64,000 bases of DNA, from contig JBPCLP010000041.1 in assembly GCA_051003195.1 (NCBI GenBank), positions 12,494 to 76,493 of the forward strand, read 5' to 3'. How positions within the stretch are numbered: position 1 is the first letter of the stretch; every line of letters starts with the position of its first letter. The translations under genes were made by a program, and so were the position numbers. This document shows, piece after piece, positions 51,254-60,321 of this stretch. The DNA comes from Candidatus Sumerlaeaceae bacterium. Lineage in GTDB: Bacteria > Sumerlaeota > Sumerlaeia > Sumerlaeales > Sumerlaeaceae. The notes under the pieces were generated by a model. It searched no databases. It saw only the letters and a program-made list of their open reading frames with translations, and was not told where the DNA came from.

Positions 51254-53188
51254 ATGAAGAGACAACGACATCAACGGGGCGCCGCGCTGATCTGGGTGCT
51301 GATGCTGTCGGCACTTATGCTGCTGGGTGTCGCTTCCATGCTGGCTATGGTGAGGCATCTCGCGCGTTCCACCAATGATAAGGTGGCGTTTGAGGAATGC
51401 TTCCATGTGGCTACCGGTGGCATCCAGATGACGAACGCGTGGCTGTTGCGCGCGGACATGGCGAAGTCGCACCTGGGCGATTCTGTGGGCGGGGCGCTGG
51501 AGGCGATCACTTCGGGCGCAGTTAATCTGAGCACGGACGTGATCATCATCCCGGGCTACACGCTGGCTGCAATGAGTCCGCAACAGCAGGTGGCTGATTA
51601 TTATCAGAACAAGTACAACAGCTTTAGCGCGGCGGGCACCACGCTATCGGACGGCCGGCGTGTGCTTTATAGTTTCCCGGCGGTAAATGGGAAAATCATC
51701 GTGCTGCAAAACGACGCGCTGCAGTTGCAAACGTCGTCGCTGTTTGATCCAGCGGCACCACGGGCCAGAAGCTACATCAGTCAATTGCGCATAACCACGC
51801 CGTATCCTGCCGGGGCAAGCGGATCGAATGCTGCAGGCCCGTACACGGGGGAGACTCTGGGGTTGCGGCGCACCTCACTGATTATTGAGGCGGAGGCGAT
51901 CACATTGACGGCAGGCATCCGGAAGCGAAGGTTCATCCAACAGAAGGTGCTTGTGTCTCCTCCAGTAGAGGGGGCGCCGCCACTGAGCACTGGTGAGGCA
52001 ATTGTGTCGGGGGCTGCGATGGCAGTGCAGGGTAGCTCGAGTCTCAATGTACACTGGGGTCCGGTCAAGGCCAAGGGCAACATCGCGCTGCTGGATATCG
52101 CCCCGCTGGATGTGGCGAACAAGAGGCTGACGTCGGCTAATAAGTTCTTCGGTGCAGGAATTGGAAACGAATACTGGCTGAAGTGGACGTGTACGGGCAC
52201 GCTCTTCCAGCAGAATGGCTCAAACCAGGTTCCTCTTTTCCCGACATCGATTAACGGGCAGCCGGTGGTGGACTTTTTCGTCCAGTTGCTGAATGGGGAT
52301 TTCGGTTCGGCCTGGACCAATGGGACGCTGCGTCTGGACGGCACGTATAATGAGGCTCACGTAAAGAGTATCACGAATCCAAATAATCCGTATGCATCCA
52401 TCCTTACTGGCAATCCTACGACATCAGGCCATTACGCATTAGGAACTGGGGCGCTGTTGCAAAACTTTGCGCCGGTGGGGGTGGATGTCGACTATCTGAT
52501 AAATCATACTCTGGCGTATAATGCATGGAAGCAGTTTGCGATAAAACGTAATGGTTACGCACGTCCGCAACTGGCGAGCGGAAATATTACAGGCTATACG
52601 AACTCGACTGGCCAGAAGCTATATGTGACTCCGAGCCGCACGCTGACTACGAATTCGGAGGGAAACATAGCATTTACGAACCTGGCCCAGATCAGCATGA
52701 AGTCTCTGGTTCCGAGTGGTGGCAGTACGATCAACCTGGCGGACCGAATCCTGTTTATCGATACACCAGAAGGAGTGGAAGGCGGAACGAAATTGACGGT
52801 GTCGCTGAGCAGTAATGACGCCTTTTTCTGGAAGGGGCTTATTTACCTGAATACCAACCTGCAAACGGCGGGCGGTGGAGCATTCCCGACGATTCTGTGC
52901 AAGAATCCGGATCAGTACCGGGCGGATCCAAGCGGTGCTACCGGAACACCGATCCAGAGCTGTTACCTGGACGGCATTGGCATGGTGACAGGGGCGCTGG
53001 CACGGACGGGCAACGCGGCAATCTACGGAACGCTTGTGGCGAAGGGCGGTTATGGCGGATCAGGCGGGCCCGACATTTATTACAATAGCCGTAACGCCCA
53101 TGGTTTGTTTAAAGGACTGGTTTCGCATGCCGCCACGTTCCAGATAGTAGAGGGACCTCTCCAGGAGATGAATCAATGGCCAGTCTAG
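51254..53188 (+). CDS. Large PilX/GspK-like minor pilin with extended C-terminal domain
   Basis: QRG|AALIWVLML lacking Glu5 (PilX/GspK trait); A..GI; IIEAEA. Confidence 0.8.
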   Translation: MKRQRHQRGAALIWVLMLSALMLLGVASMLAMVRHLARSTNDKVAFEECFHVATGGIQMTNAWLLRADMAKSHLGDSVGGALEAITSGAVNLSTDVIIIPGYTLAAMSPQQQVADYYQNKYNSFSAAGTTLSDGRRVLYSFPAVNGKIIVLQNDALQLQTSSLFDPAAPRARSYISQLRITTPYPAGASGSNAAGPYTGETLGLRRTSLIIEAEAITLTAGIRKRRFIQQKVLVSPPVEGAPPLSTGEAIVSGAAMAVQGSSSLNVHWGPVKAKGNIALLDIAPLDVANKRLTSANKFFGAGIGNEYWLKWTCTGTLFQQNGSNQVPLFPTSINGQPVVDFFVQLLNGDFGSAWTNGTLRLDGTYNEAHVKSITNPNNPYASILTGNPTTSGHYALGTGALLQNFAPVGVDVDYLINHTLAYNAWKQFAIKRNGYARPQLASGNITGYTNSTGQKLYVTPSRTLTTNSEGNIAFTNLAQISMKSLVPSGGSTINLADRILFIDTPEGVEGGTKLTVSLSSNDAFFWKGLIYLNTNLQTAGGGAFPTILCKNPDQYRADPSGATGTPIQSCYLDGIGMVTGALARTGNAAIYGTLVAKGGYGGSGGPDIYYNSRNAHGLFKGLVSHAATFQIVEGPLQEMNQWPV

Positions 53189-53213
53189 TTTCTGCCCGGG
53201 GAGAGCTCGTTCT

Positions 53214-54515
53214 ATGAACTGGTCCATATGGAGTGCTTCTTTGGTGGTGCAGATTATCGAGCTGATGCTGGCTGGCGCGTTATTCGGGCTTGGGCTTCGG
53301 GCGCGGCCCGATAGCGTCAAGCAGGAGGGCTCGGCAATTGGTCATATACTCGCGCTGTTGTTTCTTCTGTTGCCCGTGGGCCTGGCTGGATGGGTTTCCG
53401 CGCTGCTGGTACGCGGGAACCGGGCCCAGGATCTTGAATTCCTCGAACAGTTTCGGTCGACAAATTTTCTGGCTGCAGCCGGGGTGGTGCTGCTGCCTCA
53501 AGTGTTGATTCATGGAGGGCTGTCCTTCACGGCGTATTTGCGAGGTAGCCAAATCGCTTTCCTGATGCCTGTGGATATGCGGCGGGTTCGTCGCCGCAAA
53601 CAGCGCATACTGGCGGGTGTTGTCGCGGGCAAATTAGTCCTATTAGTGTCGTCGCTTGTGACATTGCTGCACTATGTTCTATTGCTTCCGCCTCTGGAGA
53701 CTTTAGCGCCGGTGGTTGCGCTGATGCTCGCCGCTGGCGTGGCGATATGGACTTGCCGCGCGAATGCTTCGATCGTGGATGAAAGCCCCAGGAGTGAGAT
53801 AACCAGTGAGCAGACCGAACTGCAGATCGAAGTCCTGAAAATTGCGCGAGCATTTGGCTGGCGCCCGAAGTCCATTCTCATGTTCAAGATACTCAACAAA
53901 AGCGCTGGGTCACCGGGAAGGGACGGAGACATTGAGCAACTTGTGGCTGGCCTGGACCGATGGCGAAATACATTTAATCCTAAGAGCCCAGCCTTGCCGG
54001 AAGAATTGCTCCTCAATGCACCGCAGGAAGCGATCGCGGTCGGTCTTGCCATGCGCTTCGCGAATGCAGCGCTGCTGAATCCCTTGCGCTGGACGGCATC
54101 GGGCAGCGTGCCATTCTGGGCTGTTGGTGTGGTTATGGTCATATTGCTGCTCTTGTTTGCCGGTGGACTGTTCGCCATGCTTCAGGCTTTCGGCAGCAGC
54201 CCGGGCGAATCTTTCGTTATCGGAAGCTGGTTGGCGGCATTCATCGCGCTTGTTGTGGGTGTAATCAGTTTGATGATGCGTCGTCGCGGGTATCACCGAA
54301 TGGCTTATGAGGCCTGGAGAAACGCGGGTCCTGAAAATGCTGACCGTAGCCCCGAAGCATTTGTGACGGCGCTGATTGAATTCGACTGTGCTATGAAACC
54401 AACAATCAACCGTGAACAGATCGTAGCGCGTCTGCATAAGGATCAACGATTGCAGGCCTTCCTGGGTTCAGTTACGGCTAGCGGCGAAGTCCGTGCTTTT
54501 GCAGGCGGGCTTTAA
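53214..54515 (+). CDS. Hypothetical polytopic membrane protein
   Basis: 433-aa ORF with about 7 hydrophobic helices; no catalytic motif seen. Confidence 0.6.
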   Translation: MNWSIWSASLVVQIIELMLAGALFGLGLRARPDSVKQEGSAIGHILALLFLLLPVGLAGWVSALLVRGNRAQDLEFLEQFRSTNFLAAAGVVLLPQVLIHGGLSFTAYLRGSQIAFLMPVDMRRVRRRKQRILAGVVAGKLVLLVSSLVTLLHYVLLLPPLETLAPVVALMLAAGVAIWTCRANASIVDESPRSEITSEQTELQIEVLKIARAFGWRPKSILMFKILNKSAGSPGRDGDIEQLVAGLDRWRNTFNPKSPALPEELLLNAPQEAIAVGLAMRFANAALLNPLRWTASGSVPFWAVGVVMVILLLLFAGGLFAMLQAFGSSPGESFVIGSWLAAFIALVVGVISLMMRRRGYHRMAYEAWRNAGPENADRSPEAFVTALIEFDCAMKPTINREQIVARLHKDQRLQAFLGSVTASGEVRAFAGGL

Positions 54516-54545
54516 TCCTGGAGAAAATAGATAGATGTGGGGACA

Positions 54546-54744
54546 GGAGCTGCCCCCAGGACAGCGCCGAATGCCTCCGGCTAAGAGAAACTATGAGAGC
54601 CGGATGCAGGAAATCTGCACGTACGGTTCGATGAGGGGGGCGCTGGAAACGAACCATGAAATGGGGACAAGGCACCGGTCGAGAGCGAAAGCTTGCGGAA
54701 ACAGACTACCCAAATAAAGCTACCGCGCCAGCGCTCTGCTGTAC
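54546..54744 (+). mobile_element. Group II intron 3' remnant (putative ORF tail, domain V, domain VI), degenerate
   Basis: DV GAGCCGGATGCAGGAAATCTGCACGTACGGTTC at 54597-54629; DVI GGGGCGCTGG...CCAGCGCTCT; ends in AC at 54744; no RT ORF. Confidence 0.8.
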
Positions 54745-54892
54745 CTGTTTTCCCCCTGTTGATTAAGAGGCTCGTCCGACGGTTTTAAAACAGTGCAACG
54801 AATGGACTCGAGTTCTGGGGGCAGCTGTGGAACTGTTCCAACACCGGGTTCAAACTCGCAGGGATGCGTAGAAGGAATTGCCCGGGTTGTGC

Positions 54893-54920
54893 GGTGCGGC
54901 ACGCGGTGACGCACTCCCAG
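54893..54920. repeat. 28-bp REP-like palindrome, identical to 16086-16113
   Basis: Exact 28/28 match. Confidence 0.65.
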
Positions 54921-55060
54921 GGCGGCGTACGATTTTTGTTCGCGTGCGTGGTCGTTTCGCCGGAGTTGGATGGATCAGACGCGTGGTGCGATCTGGCGCG
55001 ATGGTGGCTTGTCAGAATTCCCGCATCTTTACCGGCCGAAGAGAGGTTTCTATGAGTTCG

Positions 55061-55128
55061 GGAGCTGCCCCCAGGACAGCGCCGAATGCCCCCGGCTAAC
55101 AGAAACTCTGAGAGCCGGATGCAGGAAA
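55061..55128 (+). repeat. Second, truncated copy of the group II intron 3' remnant
   Basis: 65/68 identical to 54546-54613; stops after the GAAA loop of domain V. Confidence 0.75.
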
Positions 55129-55167
55129 GCATTGAGTACGTGCAGTCTGGCGGGTGTACTCGGATGT

Positions 55168-55410
55168 ATGGATCGGGAAGCAATGAAACAGCATCTCGTC
55201 AGACGCGCCGAGGGCTATGAGGCTGCATTGAAGATTATTACCGCAGAGCGTGCAGCATCAACCGCGGAACAGCGCATGGAGGACCTCGCACTTCTGCGCA
55301 GAACGGCTTTCGCCACGGGTCGTACGGAGTCTCCGGCCAGCCCGACATTGGCTCGGGAGAACTGGATTAAGTTAAAGCAGGCGTGGCTTGAGCGTACCAC
55401 CGGACGGTAG
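55168..55410 (+). CDS. Small helical hypothetical protein (possibly antitoxin-like)
   Basis: 80-aa ORF MDREAMKQHL...RENWIKLKQAWL; function is a guess. Confidence 0.5.
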   Translation: MDREAMKQHLVRRAEGYEAALKIITAERAASTAEQRMEDLALLRRTAFATGRTESPASPTLARENWIKLKQAWLERTTGR

Positions 55411-55491
55411 GGAACTCGTCTCGGCGGCGGCCGCGCTGCAAACAGCGACTCAAGGAGTTGCCAGACTCGTATTAAGTGTGTGGAGGGTTTG

Positions 55492-57873
55492 ATGTCCGCT
55501 CTGCTTCGCTGCTCTTTTGTCTGTTTACTGTTCCTGGTCCTTAATGGCCTATGTGCTTTGCCAATGGACGCCAATCCGCACCAGCCGAACGCCGTGCCCT
55601 TTGACCTGGCAGATGTGAAACTGATGCCCGGCCCATTGCGCGACGCACGTGACCTGAACCTGAAGTACCTGCTTGAACTTGAACCGGACCGCCTGCTTCA
55701 CGCGTTGCGAAAAGAAGCGGGACTGCAGCCAAAAGGAGCGATCTATGGTGGGTGGGAAAGCAGCCAACTGGCAGGCCAGGTACTTGGCCATTATCTCACC
55801 GCAATATCGTATCAGTATCGCGCCACGAGCGACACCCGCCTGCTGGACCGCATCCGCTACATTGTGGATGAACTGGAGCTTTGCCAGCAGAAGCATGGTG
55901 ATGGTTACCTGGCTGGTATTCCGAACGGTCGCGCGCTGTTCGAGGGTGTGAGCAGCGGCACGATCACCGCCGACCAGGCAAACCTTAACGGCAGTTGGGC
56001 GCCATGGTATGTGATCCATAAGATTATGTCGGGCTTGCGCGATGCATGGCAACTGGCGGGTGCGGACAAGGCGCGCCCGATGCTGATCGCGATGGCTGAC
56101 TGGGTGGCGCGTGTCACCGGGCCGCTGACCGAAGAGCAGCTCGAGAAGATGATGGCATGCGAGTTCGGAGGCATGAACGAGATCCTGCTCGACGTCTATG
56201 CCACCACGGGCAACCCGCTCCACCTGGCCACGGCAGATCGCTTCTACCACAACCGAGTGCTCGACCCGCTCGCGCGCGGGGAAGATAGCCTCAATGGCCT
56301 GCACGCGAACACGCAGATTCCCAAGCTGATTGGCGTCGCGCGCCGTTACGAACTGCTGGGTGAAGCGCGCGACCGCAACACGGCAACATTCTTCTGGGAT
56401 GCAGTGGTGAAGCAGCATTGCTACGCCATGGGCGGCCACAGCGATGGGGAGCATTTCGGTCCTCCCGGTAAACTCGCGGGCCGCCTGGGCACCATGACAG
56501 CCGAGACTTGCAATACGTACCACATGCTGAAGCTGACCCGGCACTTGTTTGAGTGGCAGCCGGATGCGCGCTACTTTGATTTCTACGAACGCGCGCTCTA
56601 CAACCATATCCGTGCGTCGCATGAGCCGAAGTACGGACGCTTCGCGTACTTCATTACGTTGATGCCTGGCCACTTCCGCACCTACAGCACACCCTTCGAC
56701 GCGTTCTGGTGCTGCGTGGACACCGGGATGGAAAACCATACGCGCTATAACGAGAACATCTACTTTCACGATGTGGCAAATGAGAAGCTCTTCGTGAATC
56801 TCTATATCCCCTCGAGGCTGCACTGGCGGGAAAAAGGCGTGGTTGTAGACCAACGCACAGATTACCCAACGAGCGACACCATTCACATGGAAGTCCAGAC
56901 GTCCGCTCCAACACAATTCGCAATCGCGCTGCGCTGCCCGTGGTGGGCTACGCGAGGCATGCAAGCGGAGGTGAACGGGACGCCCGTTTCGCTTCATGCA
57001 CAACCCGGAAGTTTTGCCAATATCGCACGCACATGGAATTCCGGCGACCAGTTGCGCGTTCGCATACCCATGGAACTTCGCAAGGAGAGCATGCCCGACA
57101 ACCCTCGCCGGATCGCCGTGTTCAAAGGTCCTCTCATGCTTGCGGCACGCCTTGGCAAGGACGGGATGGACCCACCTATCCCTTACGCCAGGGACCAAGG
57201 TGCTTATTTGCAGGCGAAGCTTGCGCCAGTTCCCGTGCTGCTGGCCGGCGACAGGCCTGTAGACCAATGGCTGAAGCTCGCTGGACCGGGCGAATGGATC
57301 TACCGGACAAAGGGTGTCGGCTATCCGCAAGACTTCGACTTCGCCCCGTTTTATAGTCAGTACTATGAGCGTTACGCCGCCTACCTGGACAACTTTACCC
57401 CAGCCGAGTGGGAGCAGAAACAGGCGGAGTATAAGGTTGAGCAGGAACGCGTGCGTAAACTGGAGAACCGCACGATCGACCTGATTCGGCCAGGAGACGC
57501 CCAGATGGAGCGCGACCACGGCTATAAAGGCGAGAACAGCCGCTCGGGCAATTTCGAAAACCGGATGTGGCGCGATGCCCTGCCCGGCGGCTGGTTCTCC
57601 TACGATGTAAAAGCGGAACCGTCCACCAGTTGCACGCTGATGTGCACCTACTGGGGCAGCGACACCGGCTCCCGGAAGTTCCGCATCCAAGCTAACGGAA
57701 CCACCGTCGCCGAGCCGAACATTAACAACAATAAACCCGGTGAGTTTTTCCGGGAGGAGTATTTACTTCCCGCCGAAGTTCTGGGTGGTAGCAAGGTAAC
57801 GCTGCGCTTTGAAGGATTACCCGGTAATATCGCAGGCGGAGTTTTTGAGATACGGGTGGTCAGGCCGGAGTAG
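55492..57873 (+). CDS. Secreted GH127/GH146-family glycoside hydrolase (beta-L-arabinofuranosidase-like) with C-terminal beta-sandwich
   Basis: YGGWE, GHYL, EFGGMNE, HANTQIPK, ETCNTY, FWCC; GGAGG RBS. Confidence 0.9.
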   Translation: MSALLRCSFVCLLFLVLNGLCALPMDANPHQPNAVPFDLADVKLMPGPLRDARDLNLKYLLELEPDRLLHALRKEAGLQPKGAIYGGWESSQLAGQVLGHYLTAISYQYRATSDTRLLDRIRYIVDELELCQQKHGDGYLAGIPNGRALFEGVSSGTITADQANLNGSWAPWYVIHKIMSGLRDAWQLAGADKARPMLIAMADWVARVTGPLTEEQLEKMMACEFGGMNEILLDVYATTGNPLHLATADRFYHNRVLDPLARGEDSLNGLHANTQIPKLIGVARRYELLGEARDRNTATFFWDAVVKQHCYAMGGHSDGEHFGPPGKLAGRLGTMTAETCNTYHMLKLTRHLFEWQPDARYFDFYERALYNHIRASHEPKYGRFAYFITLMPGHFRTYSTPFDAFWCCVDTGMENHTRYNENIYFHDVANEKLFVNLYIPSRLHWREKGVVVDQRTDYPTSDTIHMEVQTSAPTQFAIALRCPWWATRGMQAEVNGTPVSLHAQPGSFANIARTWNSGDQLRVRIPMELRKESMPDNPRRIAVFKGPLMLAARLGKDGMDPPIPYARDQGAYLQAKLAPVPVLLAGDRPVDQWLKLAGPGEWIYRTKGVGYPQDFDFAPFYSQYYERYAAYLDNFTPAEWEQKQAEYKVEQERVRKLENRTIDLIRPGDAQMERDHGYKGENSRSGNFENRMWRDALPGGWFSYDVKAEPSTSCTLMCTYWGSDTGSRKFRIQANGTTVAEPNINNNKPGEFFREEYLLPAEVLGGSKVTLRFEGLPGNIAGGVFEIRVVRPE

Positions 57874-57946
57874 CTTGCCCACGTTATCTCCGCGGAGCAT
57901 TAAGTGGATCCGGAAAAATAAACGGATGTCCTGCTGAAAGCTTTGC

Positions 57947-57968
57947 GAAAGTCCTAAAGCGGACTTTC
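57947..57968. terminator. Hairpin downstream of the GH127 gene, possible terminator
   Basis: GAAAGTCC-TAAAGC-GGACTTTC perfect 8-bp stem; no clear U-tract. Confidence 0.3.
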
Positions 57969-58013
57969 ACTCACACATCTGGCGAGACTTAATCGTAAAA
58001 AGGGAGACGTATT

Positions 58014-59249
58014 TTGATCCTTATCTTTATTGCCGAAATTCCGCGAAAACCTCTGCGCGCCTGTGTCAGCCCGGCGCTGTTCGCGCTCACCTTTCTGTTG
58101 TGCGCCGCAGGCGCTTCTGGCGAGTCAACTCGCGGCGCCTCGCAACGCGTTCCCGTCATCGATGTGACGGACCTGTATCATCCCTACCAGGATCCAGGCG
58201 ATGCCTTTGACCTCATTGCCGCCTACGCGCTGCCCGAAATCGATTTGCGGGCGGTGGTCTTTGATGTGACCAACGAGTACCGAAAGCCATCAGGCCAGTT
58301 GCCCGGCCTGCCGCGCGACGACCAGGGCCCCCGCGACCCCGGTTACATCCAGGTGGCACAGCTTAACCGCATTTTTAATCGAAACGTGCCCTGTGCGTGC
58401 GCGCCGTTTTCCCCGATGAAGTCGCCCGACGACAAGATGCTCGACGCGCCGCTTTTCGAGCAGGCCGGAATCGAACTGCTGTTGCGAACTCTGCGCGAAA
58501 GCACGCAACCGGTGGAGATCGTCTCGTTTGGATCGGCACGTCCTGTCGCTGTCGCGTATAATCGTGATCCACAGCTCTTCACCGCAAAGGTCCGCCGCGT
58601 CCATCTGTCGGCCGGGTCCGCCGATTCCGGCTTCCTCGAATGGAACGTGGTGCTGGATCCCAAAAGCATCGTCACTGTCTTGCGGTCGGATTTGCCCGTG
58701 GCGATTTATCCCTGCGGCTCCCGCGACGGCGGATTCGCGTACAGCTCCGGTAACACTTTCTGGCGCCTGCCAGACCTGAGTTTCCTCCAGCACATGGCCC
58801 CTCCTCTGCGCAGGTATGCGGCATTTTCGTTCCAGCGAATGCAGCGCCCTGACTTTCTGCGCGCCATGGAAGATAACGGGGCGGCAGAACTTACTTCCGA
58901 CACACTTCACCGTAACCACAACGTGTGGGAGACTGCCGTCTGGTTGGAAGTAGCGCATCGCAAACTCGTGCGGCATACAAACGGCCGCGCCGAGATCGTC
59001 CGCGCGGACCAGGTCACGAGCAGCGACACTGTTCTTCCCAGTGAACTGCGGAAGTGTTCCGTCGAAGTTCGGGAAAACGGCGAGTACATTTTGTCTCAAA
59101 ATGGAAACCAACAAAGCAAAAAGTGGATGTACTACCGCGGCGACGCGAAACTGAACGAAGCCGCCCTCCAGGAAGCATTTCCGTCGTGGTACCAAAGCAT
59201 CCAGCCCGACACCGGGTCATCCTATTGGAATTGTGAGCATGCTAAGTAG
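58014..59249 (+). CDS. Secreted nucleoside-hydrolase-like protein
   Basis: VIDVTDLYHPYQDPGDAFDL Asp-rich motif, EWNV.LDP; start uncertain. Confidence 0.7.
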   Translation: MILIFIAEIPRKPLRACVSPALFALTFLLCAAGASGESTRGASQRVPVIDVTDLYHPYQDPGDAFDLIAAYALPEIDLRAVVFDVTNEYRKPSGQLPGLPRDDQGPRDPGYIQVAQLNRIFNRNVPCACAPFSPMKSPDDKMLDAPLFEQAGIELLLRTLRESTQPVEIVSFGSARPVAVAYNRDPQLFTAKVRRVHLSAGSADSGFLEWNVVLDPKSIVTVLRSDLPVAIYPCGSRDGGFAYSSGNTFWRLPDLSFLQHMAPPLRRYAAFSFQRMQRPDFLRAMEDNGAAELTSDTLHRNHNVWETAVWLEVAHRKLVRHTNGRAEIVRADQVTSSDTVLPSELRKCSVEVRENGEYILSQNGNQQSKKWMYYRGDAKLNEAALQEAFPSWYQSIQPDTGSSYWNCEHAK

Positions 59250-59323
59250 CATGCCTAAATGGACAAAATGGACGGGATGGATGGGGATGGAGTAGAGGGG
59301 AGCGGTCGACAAGATGGTTGGGA

Positions 59324-59731
59324 TCATTGGATCAGATGCAGTTCGAATGCGGCCGGATTGAGCACAATTGTACCTGAAGGAAGTTTTAACCCGCTCAGAT
59401 CCGAGTCGCCGGAGATGAGAAACTCCGCATTGCCGGCCAGTGCGCAATCGATGAATATCGTATCTTTTGGATCGCGTGCCAGTAGCGCGCGCTCAATCGG
59501 TTCGGCGATTACAGTAATCCGCTCTGAGAAAAGCCGCGTCCAGTTTTCGATCAGGGTTTGCGGGAAACGGAATTTCGGTCGCGAAATTACCTGGATGTAT
59601 TCATTGAGGATGGGATTCGTAGCCAGCCATTGGATCTGGTCATGATCTGCAATGAAAAGAAGAACGCGGCGTGACACACCTGGGGAGAGCATTGCAGATA
59701 CCAGGACGTTGGTATCTATAACGACTTTCAT
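59324..59731 (-). CDS. PIN-domain toxin of a putative toxin-antitoxin pair
   Basis: MKVVIDTNVLVSA, RDPKD..FIDCA, ISGD.DL. Confidence 0.9.
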   Translation of the reverse strand: MKVVIDTNVLVSAMLSPGVSRRVLLFIADHDQIQWLATNPILNEYIQVISRPKFRFPQTLIENWTRLFSERITVIAEPIERALLARDPKDTIFIDCALAGNAEFLISGDSDLSGLKLPSGTIVLNPAAFELHLIQ

Positions 59732-59967
59732 TTAAAGGCGCGGTGGCTTTCGATCTCCTGGGCAATTTCCGATTCGCTGAGGCGCTGGATCTGCGGCTCT
59801 GCGTCGGTTTGCTGAAACATTGCGGCCCATTTCCGCCCGTTGTCTGTTTGGGGAGTTGGCTCCTGCACGATGGAAACCTCGACATCCGCTCCCGCGGGAA
59901 ATGGCAAATCGGTTAATGTCAGCTTCCCGGATTCGGGCAATATGAGGCGTTTGCGATATGCGGCCAT
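59728..59967 (-). CDS. Putative antitoxin
   Basis: 79 aa, LPFPAGADVEV...LSESEIAQEIESHR; ATGA overlap with the PIN gene. Confidence 0.7.
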   Translation of the reverse strand: MAAYRKRLILPESGKLTLTDLPFPAGADVEVSIVQEPTPQTDNGRKWAAMFQQTDAEPQIQRLSESEIAQEIESHRAFK

Positions 59968-60321
59968 GGGTTGGAGTACCGTGGTCTGGAGGGGTTGTTC
60001 GGAAATCGGGGCGCGGGTTGATTGTTTCACTAGTTAAATCAGTGATCTGCACTCTGCGGCCGCTAGTTTTCAACAAACGACCCTTCTCAATTTGAGCTTG
60101 TTAGCAGTTTGCTATTAACAAGTTAAGTTCTCGTGTGGAAACAGGCAAGGGGTTTTTGGCCTGGTCGCCAAGGTTTCCGGAGGATAATAACGGCGGAGTA
60201 GCGTGGATGGGCCTGACCCAGTGCCCTGCCCAGGTTATCTTCGGCGCGGAGAACACTCCTTTCTCCACCCCGTGATCCATATTATGGATGTCGCGGGAGC
60301 TGCCGCGGTACCTCAGTCTTC

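Noticed and set aside
54889..54898. GTGCG as a group II intron 5' splice site
   Set aside because: Lies downstream of the full DV/DVI and only ~220 nt before the truncated DV, too short for domains I-IV; it is part of a palindrome also found at 16086
55549..57690. 713-aa minus-strand ORF
   Set aside because: Antisense shadow of the well-supported GH127-family gene; no motifs
60135..60275. Short plus-strand frame (VETGKGFLAWSPRF...TPFSTP*)
   Set aside because: Under 50 codons with no recognisable family or RBS; cannot be supported
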